In this document: positions 25,659 through 39,299 of the stretch, one piece after another
How positions within the stretch are numbered: position 1 is the stretch's first letter
Layout: the number at the start of each line of letters is the position of its first letter
From: Ancylonema sp.
Taxonomy: Eukaryota
Length of the DNA: 64,000 nt
Assembly (NCBI GenBank): GCA_050230475.1
Contig: JBFLGF010000003.1
Coordinates: 1-64,000, forward strand
Reading direction: 5' to 3'
Program-made: the position numbers and the translations under genes
The notes under the pieces: model-generated
Told to the model about the DNA's origin: nothing
What the model saw: only the letters and a program-made list of their open reading frames with translations
Databases searched by the model: none

Positions 25659-27602
25659 ATGCCGATGGTAGGAGAACAATTGCATCCTTTGCCTGGCCAT
25701 TCTAGTAGTGCGAAGGGAAAGGGGTCTACTATTTCAGTAGGGCCAAAGAAGAAGAAGGCCAAATCTACGAATGAAGTGGAGAAGAGGTATTCTCTGGAGA
25801 GAGGCAGTCACAATTACGGTGTGAAACCTCTCGGAAATATGTACGTCGATGAGAATATGTCGAATATTAGGGATACTGGTCTAGGTTCGCTCAAGCTGTT
25901 GAGTGACGAACTTCTGGTGGACGTATTGGGCCTGCTCACAGCAAAGGACCTCAGCCGCCTAACTTCTGTCAGCAGATCTTTCTATGTCTTCACACATCAC
26001 AGCGATCTCTGGCGCAATCATGTGTTGAACGACTTACAAGGGGATTTTGATTTCTCTTTGAGCTGGAAGCAAACTTATCAACGTCGAATTTCTCTGGGGC
26101 GTGACCATAAACCATTCCGGGTAAGCTCGTAAGCTCCAGATTGTGTCAACTGGAGAGGTCAGGGAAGAGGGTGGGATGCGGTGTGACTCTGGGACTATCT
26201 ACTTCTCAACACTTGATGATTGCTGCTCTTTGCTCAGATTTCTGATCGTAATCTCACGATACGAATCGATGCACCACCTCGTATAAATCAAATTTCATTT
26301 AATGTCTCCTGAATTCATCTGGCAGGTGAAAGGATTCTATTCCGATTATCTCTTCCAGAGCTGGCTGTGTGCCAGCCTGAACATAAAGTCCGAGTGGCTG
26401 GCAAGGGACAATGTCCCGCGATGTTCAAATCTCAGTCGTCTAGACTTTATCCGCAACTTTGAGGAACCCAACCGGCCTGTCATCATCACAGATGCCATTT
26501 CTGATTGGCCAGCAATCAAGCGCTGGGATCGGCCGTATCTGCTGGAGCATGCAGGCCACATTCCCTTCGCTACTGGGCCTGTGGAAATGACATTGGAGAG
26601 ATTCTACAACTACGCTGACTCCATCCAAGAAGAGCGTCCACTCTATGTCTTCGACCCGCATTTCGGAACCAAAGCTCCCCGTCTAGTATCTGATTACAAC
26701 GTGCCCAAATATTTCGAAGAAGACTTGTTCTCTGTCCTAGACTCTGAGCGGCCTCACTATCGGTGGCTCATCATTGGTCCAGCACGCAGTGGAAGCAGCT
26801 GGCACATAGACCCCAATGCCACATCAGCATGGAATGCCGTTGTCCGGGGATCCAAGAAGTGGATCTTGTTCCCTCCAGACCAGGTGCCCCCGGGGGTCCA
26901 TCCCAGCCCAGATGGTGCTGACGTGGCAACTCCGGTGTCAATCACAGAGTGGTTCATGAATTTTTACGACCAAACTCAGAGGGGAGGGGCTCCTCGTCCA
27001 ATCGAAGGCATTTGCAAGGCAGGGGAGGTGCTCTTTGTCCCTCATGGGTGGTGGCACTTGGTCCTCAACTTGGAGGAGGCTGTGGCTGTCACTCAGAACT
27101 TCGTTAGCCAGTGAGTTCCTCGCTGTCCAATCATTTCTCACCATTTTTTTACCTCCCAAGCCTCTCCCAAACCTTTTGACGGCAAAAAGGGGTGTTTGAG
27201 TATCGATTTGCAGTCAATGAGACATTTTGGTAGGCGGACGTGACCAGATTGTTTTTATCGTCAGCCTGAACATACACGCTTTCTCCCGAATGTTCCGCGG
27301 AACTATCGTGGTAACAACAACCCCTGCTTCTGACGCGGTGGCATTGCAGTCGGAACATCCAAGACGTCGTGCACTATCTTTCTCGTCCAAATGCCGAAGC
27401 ACTTGTGTCCGGCACGAGAGATAGGGTGAGTTTGCATGACCGCTTTCGGGCCAAGTTCGAGGATCGATTCCCCGGTAAGTTGGAAGAGTTGCAACAAGCA
27501 TCCGATGAGGTTAACCGGAAGAAGCAAAGGAAAGAGTCATTTTGGGAGAGTGTAGGAGACCAGAAGATAGGAGGATTCAAGTTTGACTTTGGTTCTGGCT
27601 AA
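25659..27602 (+). CDS. JMJ22: F-box plus JmjC protein, JMJD6 group, JMJ22-like arginine demethylase/hydroxylase
   Basis: Three exons (25659-26120, 26326-27110, 27350-27602). Motifs: NYGVKPLGN, F-box LSDELLVDVLGLL, IIGPARSGSSWHIDPN, KKWILFPP, FVPHGWWHLVLNLE, AVTQNFV. Confidence 0.92.
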
Positions 27603-28806
27603 GATTGTTTAAGCTTTCATCGCAGGAACTTAAGGTTGTGTAACATTCTGGCCATTCAACGGTGCTTGACTCAAGGACACAGTCACGACTGTCCGAAAAC
27701 GACAAATTTGCATCATTTGTGTGCCTCTTGTCTCTTGCTAAATGTGTGCGTTACACAATTGCACATGGAGCAAAACGGCTTGTGCACACACATCGCCCAA
27801 ACCACCTCCACTATTCCTCGCATTCCTTCATGTCTTGACGAACACTGTACTTATCCACATGTGTATGCATACATCTGGTATTTCACGGGCCAAATGTGAA
27901 GGAGTCCGGAGCATAAACATGACTGAGCAAATTATGCATCACATCCAAACGACATCATTTTTTCCGTCGACTTTTTCTGATGTGTCAACGAAGTGCTCAT
28001 GCGTTCCCCTTTGCTTATTCGACAGAGTGGTCACAAACATGGCCTCTCAAAATGAGTAGAGCTTCTCAAGGGAGACAAATTCATTTGCTCGTGTTCGTTA
28101 GTAAGCACCAACTTGTCACACCTACCTTGCACCGTACGTACTTGTGTGAGTATACTGAATGGTCAATGAACACGTTTGCAAACAAGCTTCAGTCCAGAAG
28201 GTAACGTTTCAACTTGATGATGTCGAAAATATACCCTAGAGACCCTTGCAATTGCACTCTTTCCTTTCTCACCAAACCAAAAAAAACTAGCTAAAATAAA
28301 ATCTAGCTTGGCACCAAACATTATTACAATCACTGCATTTGCAAAGTGCGTCAGACTAGCATGCTGTCTACTCTACGAAAAACCACCTACTACAACTCCC
28401 ACGACCTTGATGAAAAGCCCAGCCCATTCGAATTCTACTAATAGTCCACAATTTTAAACAACGATGGAGATGCACGAATCCATACCTTCCCTCACTGCGA
28501 TTAGTGAGGGAGGGTAAGAAGCAATAATGCTACTTGTCCTCAAAGGAGGACAAGCAGCCCAACATAACATACTTAAAACCCAAGAGGAACCGAACTAGCT
28601 TGCACAACAAAGACTCACCAAACAAATACACCCTTGCAAAACGCCTTCACACTTTGGTCCAAATCTACATCTTTGCTGCACTAGCCATCTTTAAAAAAAG
28701 GGAATTATAACAATCGCCGATGTTGCTCCGACTTGCGCTTTGCTCCATAGCGTCCTTCATAAAAGCTGGGTGGCAATCAACCAGACCCCTCTCGTGTTGT
28801 GCCCAT

Positions 28807-31800
28807 CTACATTGGCGTGGGTCTGCATGCCGCCACAAAGGATTTGAGCACCGGATCCTTGAACAAGTTGTCTAATCGCTCCTTGGTAAGAGGCCTGCAA
28901 AAAACGGGTGGCCTTGATCAGCTTCTGGAAGGGGGCAGTACACCAGCCAGCAAGGAATGTGTCCCATTTCCATCCCCCCACATTCCTCTCTCCTATCACA
29001 CACAGCCAACCCCTTCCCAACCACCTCCTCCCCATCCCTATTGCCCCCAACCTCCCCCCCCCCTCACCTCCTCGTGAGCTTCGCCCACCACTCCGACTTC
29101 TCCACCGCTCGCGTCAACAGAGGCCATCTTGGGAGGGACTCTACGCAGGCTGCGGAACCAAAATGGAATGGATTGGGAGGGAGAAAGAAGCGAGAGAAGG
29201 GAGGGATATCTTTAACACACCATCCTCGGACCCACACCTTAACCCATCTTAACAAACCCACATCCACCCCTCACTCCATCCCACTCTTCCCCAACCTCCC
29301 TGTCTCCCGTTCCTCCCTGTCTCGAACATCTTTTACCATCCCATCCACTCTTACTGTTAGAGGTAATCGCCCACAAGTAGTTCTCCTCCGCTTCCGTCCC
29401 AAAATCCCCGTGGCACCTGTGTCCCACCTCCAAAAACTTCACCACCACTTCGAAGGCCTTGGGCAGGCGCTTGTAGGACGCCAGATCCAATCTCTTCTTG
29501 ATCGCTTCTTCGCTTGTGAGGTCCAGCACCGACGCCACCAGGCAAGCCGCCATGGCTAGATTGGCCACGGCTGCCCTCCCCTTCACTCCTGCCACTGACG
29601 TCCATGCCACCATGGCTTGAAACACAGGGGTGAAGTCCCATGCCTCCAACACGTCTGGAAAGGCCTCTCTCTGCAACCAACAAGGGAGGCGGTGGGGAGG
29701 ATGCGAGGGACCGTTAAGTGTTGCCTCTGGATGGTCAACGGAACGAATCCGCTTTCAATGGCAGGCCGAGTATTGGGGCCAGTAGCAAAGCACCTGTTTG
29801 CCACTTCTTTCATTCCTACCCAAACACCCTCTCTCCCCCTCTCTTTCTCTCTCTTCTCTCTCCCTCTCTCCCTCTCTCCCTCTCTCCCTCTCTCCCTCTC
29901 TCCCTCTCTCCCTCTCTCCCTCTCTCCCTCTCTCCCTCTCTCCCCCTCTCTCTCCCTCTCTCCCTCTCTCTCTTTCTTACACATCCGAATGTGTTGAGCA
30001 TCACGTTGCAGGCATCCATGAGGTTCAGGTGCCCTTCCTCCCCAGCCTTCAGCGCCCCCATCACGCTCGTTCGTGACCGCTCCTGAATGAAGCGTATGAT
30101 CTGACAGCCACCCACGCACCACCCACGCTCACCTCTCCCCTCTCACCCTCTCTCCCTACACTCCACTCCCCGCAGGAGCGGAGGTTGGTAGACAAACCGA
30201 CTCTCCCATACTCATCCTTCTCCTCTCACCTGCTTGTGTCCCCCCTGTCTGACCAGAGCCTCGCACCCCTGAGCCGTGCTGCTCATCCTCAGGAGCGCCG
30301 GCAGAAGGAAGCACACGGCCTGGATGGGCATCTCTTCGTCCCGCGCCTTCACAGTGAGCATGAAGGTCAGGAGGCGACTCACTCGGCGGGGAGCAGCCTC
30401 CGGAACCTGCTCCAAGTAACGCCCCGCCGCCCGCACAGCCGCCAAGACTCAATTGTCCAACTTCTTGCCGTGCTCCTGGAAGCGAGAAAATGAAAAGGGT
30501 TATGTGCGTGAGTCGTGCGAGGGGGTGCGGCGGATCAGGAGAGCAGATGCAGAGAAGAGGAGGAAACACTTTTTTTTTTTTTTAACTTTTTTTTTTTGGT
30601 TTGAATATTTTGTAATGTTTTTTTTGCACTTGCACGCAGTCTTCTGTGGGTCACCTTAGCGTCAGTGATGAATTCGAATACGAGGCTCATGATGGCGCTG
30701 ACGGAATGGAGCACCTCCTCCACGCTCTCCTGCGGGAGTACAGAGAGCAGGCCTGCAGCAAACACACACCTCTGTGTCATCATCCTCTCTCTGCTCCACT
30801 TCAGCAACCTTCAGTCCCAGATTCGAGCCCCCCTCACTTTCAGAGTTGACCTTCTCTTCCTCGCCCTCTCCTTCCCCCTTCCAAGTCAGCGCCTCAATCA
30901 CTCGTTCAACCAACGCCAGAGCAGCCACCACCACCCCCCTCGCTTGCTCTGCCTCAGGAGACGAGTCTGCCACATCCCACTCCCCCCACTCCCCACCCCC
31001 CATCCCGCCTCCGCTGATTCCGAAGGCCTCCAGGTTGGCGTGGTTCAGCAGACTCTCCCCTCCTCCCACCCCTGCCTCTGCCCCATCCCCCCCAGCCTCG
31101 GCTGGGTCTTCCTTGTCCTGAAACGTGAGGTGGGCGAGCTTCTCGAACATCCCCGGGGCTTCGGACCGAAGGGTGTTCACCATGAGGAGGAAGAAGGTGC
31201 CAGGGACCCCTCCGCCATCACAATCTCCCACAATCCACTCCCTCCCTCCCGCCTCTGCTGCCACCTTCGCCAACTGCAGCGCCACCTGCTTGCCCTCCCC
31301 CTCCTCCCCATTTCGTTGCAGCATGTGTGCGATGCCGCAGCGGCAGTCGTGGGCCCAACCGCTGTCCGGAAAGAGTTCTAGGACCCTGTTCCGCACTGGT
31401 TCCTGCGCCCCCCCAATGCACAGTCGCCACCTGTCAGCGCTTGCACCACCCTTGCAGCGAAGTCAGAAGGGAGTGTCCATCCCAGCCCCCCTACCGCAGC
31501 CTCCTGTGGCGCCATGATGGTGACAATGAGGTTCGCAATCTCTGCCAGCGCCTCCTCACTTTGCCGACAAAGCTCTGACGCCAACACAGGTACCTGCCAC
31601 AGCACAGGCCCAGCCCCCTAAACCTCCACCCCCCCATCGCGCCCTCCCCTCATGAAGTCGGCACAGGTCCTCACCATTCCCGCCAGCGAGTGCTTGGCAG
31701 CGTACAGATCAGTGTCCACCACGCCCTTGCTGAAGAAGAAGGAGAGGAAGCGGAGGGCAGGACCGAAGCACTCATCCCCTGACCACCATTCCCCAGCGTG

Positions 31801-33502
31801 CCAGCTGTCACCTGTCAGCCCCATCCCAGCCCCCCCCCCCCCTGCCTGCACCTACTCCCCCCCTCACCTGGTGTGCAGGCCGCCAAGCAGTCGGCAACAG
31901 GTCCCAGGGGCTCCTCCTCCTTCAGTGCGGTCCATCCGCTGGGGGAGAGGCCTCCAATCATCTCCAGACACGTCAGCGCGTGGATCACGGGAACCGCTCT
32001 CGACCTGAACCCGCCCCCCCCCCAACCCCCCTCTGCTCACACCTGTTCTGACATCCAGGTGGCACTCGCCCACTTCTTCAGGACCTCCAGTTCCTTGCCT
32101 TCTTTCGAGTGCCAGCTGGCACTTGTCATGATGTCACGTCAGCCCACTACACCGTGCCAGCTGGCGCAGTGGCTCCCCACCCCCCTCGTGACCCCCACCC
32201 TGCTCCCTCTCTTCCTCAGGGAGTCTGGCGGTACCTTTGCTTCACAATGGCGAGGATGGGGGGCACCACATCCGCCCAATCGTATTCCTCTGCCAGGGGG
32301 GGGAGGTTTCGGTATCCCACCAGGACGCGCAGCACCAGCTCCTGCTCCCTCGTGCTGACACCTGGAAGCATGCGGGCGAGGGAGGATGTGTGAATGGAGG
32401 AGTGAGGCATAGAATCGGTGCAGTAGACATCCATCCGCCTTGCAGCAGATTAAGTCTGGACCTCAGAGCAAGGGAGGAGGGGAGTGGCAACCTCCACAGC
32501 CCAGCACTCCAAAACCACCTTCCTTCTCCTCTCCATGTTTGCCATTCTACCGTCTACCACCACAGCCAGGCATCCTTCTTCCCCAAGGACAAGCCCCGGT
32601 CAGCCCTGCATGCATTCTGGAGTCCTTACAGGTCTCCTGTGGGCTGAAATCCCAGGAAAATCTCTTATTTCTCTACCCCTTTTGGCCCTCTCTGCCTTTC
32701 CCATACCGACCATTCCTCGGCGATACTAATCGAACCTCCCAGAAGGTAATGGATAGGTGAGGGTACTGTGGGCGACCAGGGCGACTGAGCCCCCTCCCTT
32801 CCTACCTATTCACTCAGGCTCTCTCCCTCCCTTCCTCCTTCGAGAGTTTGTAGTTACCCTCTGCCCTGGACCACCTTTGTTGCTTACCCTCTGCCTGCAG
32901 GGTAAGGTTGATGAGGTGGAGCCCTATGATTTGGTACACAGCCTCCACCACCTGCGCCTCCCCTCCCTCCACTAGCTGTACTGCCACCTGCAGACCTGAC
33001 ACCTGGCGCTCCTCCTTCCAACTTCGCAGCATCTCTAGTTGTGACTCCAGAGCGCAGTCCTGCATCAGAATCCCCTCCCCCCCCCCCACCCTCAGCTGAA
33101 CTGGTCTATCGTATCCTGTCTATTGTGCCTGTATCAAGTATCACACCAATTTGTTCGCCAATTCCAACGCTAACTGCACGCGCCCCCAGCTACAGAGTGT
33201 CGAGGCCAATCAAGTCCACTTTCAGTTCAAATCGATTCAGGCACTAGGCATCACTGGACCCCTGCTTGTGATGAGGGCGCGCCGGTCATTGAATACTTAT
33301 GCAATGGTGTTTTCGACACTGCTTGTCCTCGTGTGTTCACTCGGAGACCTACTGTCGCTCGTGGTACTTCTTCACCATCCACTTCCATTGCCGTTCCCGT
33401 ATCTGTTTCAGAAACCAGTGCTGCCTCTGCGTCCCTCTCAATTTCCCGAGATTGGGAACGAGACTCTCTCGTTCGACTAACTTCTCCAGTCATTCCTCCC
33501 AT
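28807..33502 (-). CDS. Neurochondrin family ARM-repeat protein, multi-exon; start uncertain (33065 or 33502)
   Basis: LEMLRSWKEERQVSGLQVAVQL...VYQIIGLHLINLTL, FFLLMVNTLRSE, AVRAAGRYLEQVP...MLTVKARDEEMPIQAVCFLLPALL and VLDLTSEEA match my recollection of plant neurochondrin segments. Confidence 0.8.
29829..29977. repeat. CT-rich simple repeat in a neurochondrin intron
   Basis: Direct reading of (CTCTCTCC)-type units. Confidence 0.9.
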
Positions 33503-33979
33503 TGGCCGATTGTGAAATGAGTCAACCAGGGGAGGAACAGTAAAAGTGTCCAGCCCTCTCCTCTCGTCGCGTTCATGAGCAGGTACATGAGGGTCCGCAA
33601 GACTGCCGTTCTCAAAAGACGGTTGCTCTTCTTGTTTCTCCGAAGCTGTTAAACAATTTTCAGTCGGAGTGGGGAGCGCAGGTTGATGCCACGTTCCATC
33701 AGCTTGCACCTGGACTGGACGTGGAGAGGTTTCAAGAACAGGCTGGTGCAGGTCTGGAGGGGAGAGGTGCTGGGATTCTGGCGAAGCAGCGTCTGTCGTA
33801 GGTTAATCTGCTAGGTCGCACAACTTTTTGATAAAAAGTGACAGGTCACGAATTGCTCTTACACGCGTGAAAAAAGTTGGAAAAGTACAGATTTTAGACC
33901 CGGAAAGTCCGGAAGTAAAAAGTCGACTTTTTGCACCGAAAAAGTCGAAAAAGTTACTATTTTAAAAAGTATATATGCG

Positions 33980-34560
33980 AAAAACGACGGGAACCCCATC
34001 TCATTACACGAACGTGCTTGTATAGAAACTACATATCCTAAAAAACGACAAACATGTGAGCCGATTATACTAGACAAAACTAGCAACAACATCCAACTCT
34101 GCATAAGAAAGTGGAACGCGCGGTGGCGGGGTAGGTAACAAGGCCATGGATTTCTCTAGACGTAGGGTTCTAGCATGTATCGCATGTGCTAGCGACCGTT
34201 GCAATGCAATCGACACTCTCTAACGGAACCATGTGTACAACAAGCTAATGGAGGGCCCTCATCTTGCACACTCTCTAGATGCTAACGTTGCACACTCGAC
34301 CATAAATCTATGCGACCTATCAGACAACGCATCGTATGTCTCAAGAGCTAAGGGCACAAATTTCGTCCCAGCTGCGCGATCCCGATAGTGAAGGGACGAA
34401 AATGCTACACATTTGAGTTTATCTCGAGAGAAGTGGAATATTGTGCACCCACTTTGTAATATCTCCATCTACTCCCCCCCCTCTTCCGTTTAGCAAGCCA
34501 AGAATGTGTTCAAGTAGGGTGAAATCACCATCAAATCCAGCACAACAAAATACGAGTTTT
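33980..34560 (-). mobile_element. Non-LTR retrotransposon 3' fragment (CRE/R2-type restriction-like endonuclease C-terminus)
   Basis: HYRDRAAGTKFVPLALETYDALSDRSHRFMVECA...WFR*RVSIALQRSLAHAI. Diverged copies lie at 38590-39170 (-) and 36395-36480 (+). Confidence 0.7.
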
Positions 34561-35266
34561 TGCCATCGCTAGGAGCCACCAAAGCGATTGACTATAAGAG
34601 TGAGAAGTTTGAGGACGTGCTCTCGGACTACGACTTTGTTCTTGATAGCACAGGTGAGAGGTTCGGCTTAGCAACTCCTAATATTCAATCGCATTTTAAA
34701 CGTTACTCGTGCAAATGCTTCTTAGAATGCGTGTGGTTTGCTTGTGTGCACGTCTTTCTAAATTTTTGTTTTGATAAGTGCAAAATAAAAATTTCTTACC
34801 AGTACGCCAGATTTTCAAGTCTTGTAGCAAACGGTGAAGTTTCGTCATAGGTGTCAATTCCTCCATTTCCTCACGTTCGACTTTGGGTAGCGCTTTTAAA
34901 AAGAGTAAGGTTTTTTTTGTCGTAGGTAGAAGACTACACGATAGCGAGGGGTTGTTATGCGATTGTATATGCTTGTTTTGATGTTGATCCCTTGAGCATG
35001 TTTTTTGCAACGGTAACCGCAAAGAAACTCAAAGTGATAAAAAAAACGAGAAAGTAGTGACTATCATCGATTTCGGCGCTAAGTCTCCCATCGAATCATT
35101 CGCATTGTCTATCTCTTCGGATTTGTTAGAGAGAGTGAATCCATTTCTTGGAAATGGTCATGTAAAAGTCATGATGGATAAGTCGTCCCCTTGGAAGTTC
35201 TTAGAAGGGATTAAAGCTTATGATCTCTTGGAAAGCAAGGCGGTAACATCATATCACCATCAATGA
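34535..35266 (+). pseudogene. Fragment of an NADPH-dependent alkenal/quinone oxidoreductase (AOR-like, MDR family)
   Basis: SLGATKAIDYKSEKFEDVLSDYDFVLDSTG followed by a GT donor, then SSDLLERVNPFLGNGHVKVMMDKSSPWKF...AYDLLES. Only the C-terminal part is present and it is degenerate. Confidence 0.7.
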
Positions 35267-35951
35267 AGTACAAGACAAGCACAAACTTCTTTAAGGACAT
35301 GCACGTGCTGAGAGAAGGTTGGTGTTGTGCTATCTAGCATCGTCTACACACACACGTGTAAATCACCGTTGCAATGAATACGAAAGTGTAATTGCACTAA
35401 CGAACACATCACACGTGTCTCCCACACAGGTAAACACATCGAAAACCACACCCGCCCCGTACGTGCGAACCCGCGCGTGTGGTACGATGCATTACACACA
35501 TGCATACCCATGCCATGTGTGCAACTACAATCACACGCACTCTCACACCTACATCATGCACCATCAAATGCAGGTTGACAACTCAAACATATCTACACCA
35601 TCATGAGTAAAATCATTCTGAATCCCCCCCAAAAGTCTTAGTAAGCTCCCGAGTCTTTGGCTTTGTAAACTCCACTCGCCATGCGTCACGCACCATGCGG
35701 CGGTCTATGTAGAAGGAGTTTGCGCAATAACCTCACTAAGAGGGGCCTCTCCACCCAAACCAACATGTATACAAATGAGTATATATCCACCTTCCAGTAG
35801 TTCGTAATGAAATAAGGAGGGTACCGCCCCTTATTCCATCGTCGCCTAGGAGATCAGATTACCACCACCATAATCCAACCACCGCCAAGGTTTAAGGTAA
35901 GGTTCAGCCTCACGGTTTGACATCGTGTGGCATCACAACAGTAGCTCACAN

Positions 35952-36190
35952 ATGCAGGCGCAGCGAGCGCAAATGATCCCAAAAATGCAATGGGGGCTGG
36001 GACCGTGGTACAGAGCAAGCCCAACCCCCCATGAGCAATCGGAAGGCGAGCCTTGGACTCTGGCTGACGAAGCTCCTCCTCGGACAAAACGGGAACCCCC
36101 CCCAAGATACCCACAAGAAGCGTCTGCCACAGGACACTATCATAGTCCCCCAAACACTCTAGAAACGCCGGAGTTGGGGGGCACGACCGA
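35952..36190 (-). mobile_element. Non-LTR (CRE-like) RT C-terminal fragment
   Basis: KARLPIAHGGLGL matches the LPxxxGGLG motif found after the RT domain; it ends at the N at 35951. Confidence 0.6.
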
Positions 36191-36511
36191 AGAAGGTAAG
36201 CAGGTCGTTGAGCGAAAACCTGCGTGAGGTTAACTAATTAATTAATAATAATAATTAATTAATTAACGGTTCAGATGGACGATGAGATACGAGATGAGTG
36301 CGTCATGAGCATGTCGAGGCACACGACTACAAAGCTTGAGTCATGATGAACGTCTCGATGCAATCTCGACTAGATACGGGAAGTAAGACTCTGACCCCAC
36401 CACCGCGCGTTCCACTTTCTTCTGCGCAGTTGCATATTGTTGCTAGTTTTGTCTAGTACGATCGGCTCACATAGTTGTCGTCGTCGTCGTCGTCGTCGTA
36501 TCGTTGTCGAT

Positions 36512-38485
36512 AAAGTAAATCCTCATTACAGGCGCAATCTTGGGACAATGAAAACGTGTGCCTGTAACGTGGTTTTGTCTGTAACGCGTTAAACGCACAA
36601 TGGCACATTTGCCAGGGGCCCTGAGGCAGATGTGCCCGTAACGAGGGAATCTCAATTTTTTGCTCTCGGAGGTGGTCCTTCGTCTGCCAAGTCTCTGAAA
36701 AAAATCACCAATAAATTTTGTCTTATTTGCTAATTGGAGCGTGAATACTTATGGTATGGTGCTTATGGTACTTACTAATGGTATCATATGCACTTGCATG
36801 TAGTTTGTGAGATGCGATGGTTGTCCAAGGTAATGATCGTTCACTCCGTCCATCCATTTGAAGGCATATAAGGCACATCTAAAGGAACGTAAAGGATTCA
36901 CATGATGGGATGGTATTGTCTTATCCTTATTGTCGACGAGTATAGATTCGGGCATGCGAGCCGTTGACTTTAACAAAGCCAAAAATTATTGTCTTATTTT
37001 CTGATTGGAGTGTGAATACTTACAATAAATGGTTTCATATTCACTCACATGGATTTTGAGAGATGCGATGGTTCTGCAAGGTAATGGTCGTTTACTTCGT
37101 CCATCCACTTCATATGAGGCACATCTAAAGGAACGTAAAGGATTGTCATGATGGTTTTGTCTCATCTTTTTTGTCGACAAATATAGATTCGGGTATGCGA
37201 GCCGTTGACTTTGACAAAGCCAATAACTATTGTCATATTTGCTGATTGGAGTGTGGATACTTACAATAAATGGTTTCATATTCACTTGCATATAGTTTGT
37301 GAGATGCGATGGCTGTCCAAGGTAATGGTTGTTAACTTCGTCCATCCATTTCAAGGCATATGAGGCTCATATAATGGAACATGAATATTTGTCGTGATTG
37401 GATGGTCTTGTTTTTGCTTTTTGTAAACAAGTATGGATTCATGCATGCATGCCATTATCTTTAACACAGCCAATAAATTGAATATGTACACAAAAGAGTA
37501 GCCATATATTTTTTCTGCCAACATTGCACGTTAAGTACTCCTGCTGTGCTTAACATCCACTTAAATACCCACTACCGGGAAAAAATATTGATTACCTCTT
37601 GCTTGCGGTTCATAACACATGTTGCTTGCATTGCCAATAACTTGTTCGCCAATTGTTGGACTTGTAACATATCTTCATCCCCAAGACAAGCATCTTGGGC
37701 GATAAAGTTTGCAATGCCTTTGCAATGACTCCCTAAATTCCACAAGAGTCATCTCGGAAGACCCCATGTCGACACCATCATCATCACTCTCGATGAGTTC
37801 AACATTCATATCCGCACATCCCATGTGTTGCACATGGTCCACAATCTCAAACACTTACCCGTTGGAACCACATGAACAGACCGTCTTTGAGCTTAGGCCT
37901 CATCCTCGTTCTTTCACCTTTTTCTTCGGAGAGGGAAGTCCATTTCTCGCCCTCCTTCAAAATCTCGCTAATAAGTGCTCTCCCGATCGCTTTGTCGAAC
38001 TCCTTGCTAGCAATTTGACTTCTCTTTTCTTGTGTCCATTGTGGATTGTGGATTTGTACCTCACAGATTCTCTCCTTCTCTGTGTGAGTTAATATCACCC
38101 AATACTATTAAAAATTCAAGGTACAGGTGCAGACCCAAACATTTCATATACGAACGCGCTACGAGCATGAACGACTATTTTCGATAAAGATTCCCTCGTC
38201 TTGGAAGGGAAGCTACCCCACGTTTCAATGTGGAGAAGATGCTATACGCCGGAAAAGGACTAAAATCTTCGTCTGAAACAATAATGTCCCCCCAATAGCT
38301 TGTAACGTCAGTATAGTATATGACGTCATAATTCGTTATAGGCACAAAACGGCTTTTTGATGTGTCTGTAACGTGATGTGCCTATAACGAAGACGTTTTG
38401 GCGGGGAAAAGTTAGTACACGCGATTTTGGTGCCTGTGACGTGATTGTGCTTATAACGGGTGTGCCTATAACGAGCGTTAACAGT
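36512..38485 (-). mobile_element. Internally deleted pogo/Tigger-like DNA transposon
   Basis: CENP-B/HTH-like peptide EKERICEVQIHNPQWTQ...IGRALISEILKEGEKW...LKDGLFMWF (38098-37860). Terminal regions 36512-36655 and 38330-38485 carry related GTGCCT(A/G)TAACG motifs in inverted arrangement. Confidence 0.7.
36708..37480. repeat. Three-unit tandem repeat (about 240-270 bp) inside the pogo remnant
   Basis: Units start at about 36708, 36979 and 37220 with CCAA(T/A)AA...TTGTC(T/A)TATTT...ATTGGAG...AATACTT. Confidence 0.85.
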
Positions 38486-38589
38486 GTCTAGTTTTTGTAG
38501 AAGCACGTTCTTGTAATGATGTGGAGTTCCCACCGTTTTGAAATAATGTACAATTCGCAGTTTTTTTCTTTGCAGAGAATTGTTTGTTA

Positions 38590-39170
38590 TTGCAAAACGG
38601 CGGGAACCCCATCTCATTGCAAGAACGTGCTCGTATAGAAACAACACATCCTTAAAAACGACAAATATGTGAGCCGATCGTACTAGCCAAAATTAGTCAC
38701 AATATGCAACTCCGCATAAGAAAGTGGAACGCGCGGTGGTGGGTGAGGTAACAAGGCCATGGATTGCTCTAGACGTAGGGTTCTAGCATATATCGCATGT
38801 GGTAGCGACCGTTGAAATGCAATCGATGCTCTCAGACGGAACCATGTGCACAACAAGATAATGATGGGCCTTCATCTTGCACACTCTCTAGATGCTAACG
38901 TTGCACACTCGACCAAAAATATGTCTAACCTATTAGACATTGCAACGTATGTCTCAAGAGCGAGGGGCACAAATTTCAATCCAGCTCCGCGATCCAGATA
39001 GCGCAGGGACGAATATGCTACACATTTGAGTTTATCTCGAGAGAAGTGCAATAGTGTGCACTCACTTCGTATGGCCTCCATCTACTCCCCCCCCCCCTTC
39101 CGTTTTACCAAGAATGCGTTATAGGCGGGTGAAATCACCATCACAACCAGCACACCAAAATACGGGTTTA
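38590..39170 (-). mobile_element. Second CRE-type non-LTR 3' fragment
   Basis: Collinear with 33980-34560 (LKFVPLALETYVAMSNRLDIFLVECATLASRECAR). Confidence 0.7.
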
Positions 39171-39299
39171 TTGTTTCGCGATAGGATAAGAGCGCTTCGT
39201 AGATNAAAACGAGTTAAGTGCCGATAGCGACATAACTGTTTTTCTCTCTAAACGAGTTAAATGTTGATGGCGACATAACTATTTAGGGCTTTACCTGAA

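Noticed and set aside
29583..30122. ERGREG and SLPLSLSP repeat ORFs
   Set aside because: They come from an intronic CT-rich simple repeat.
35300..35940. Possible LTR ending in ACAACA at 35940
   Set aside because: No matching other end or TSD was found, and it lies next to an N gap.
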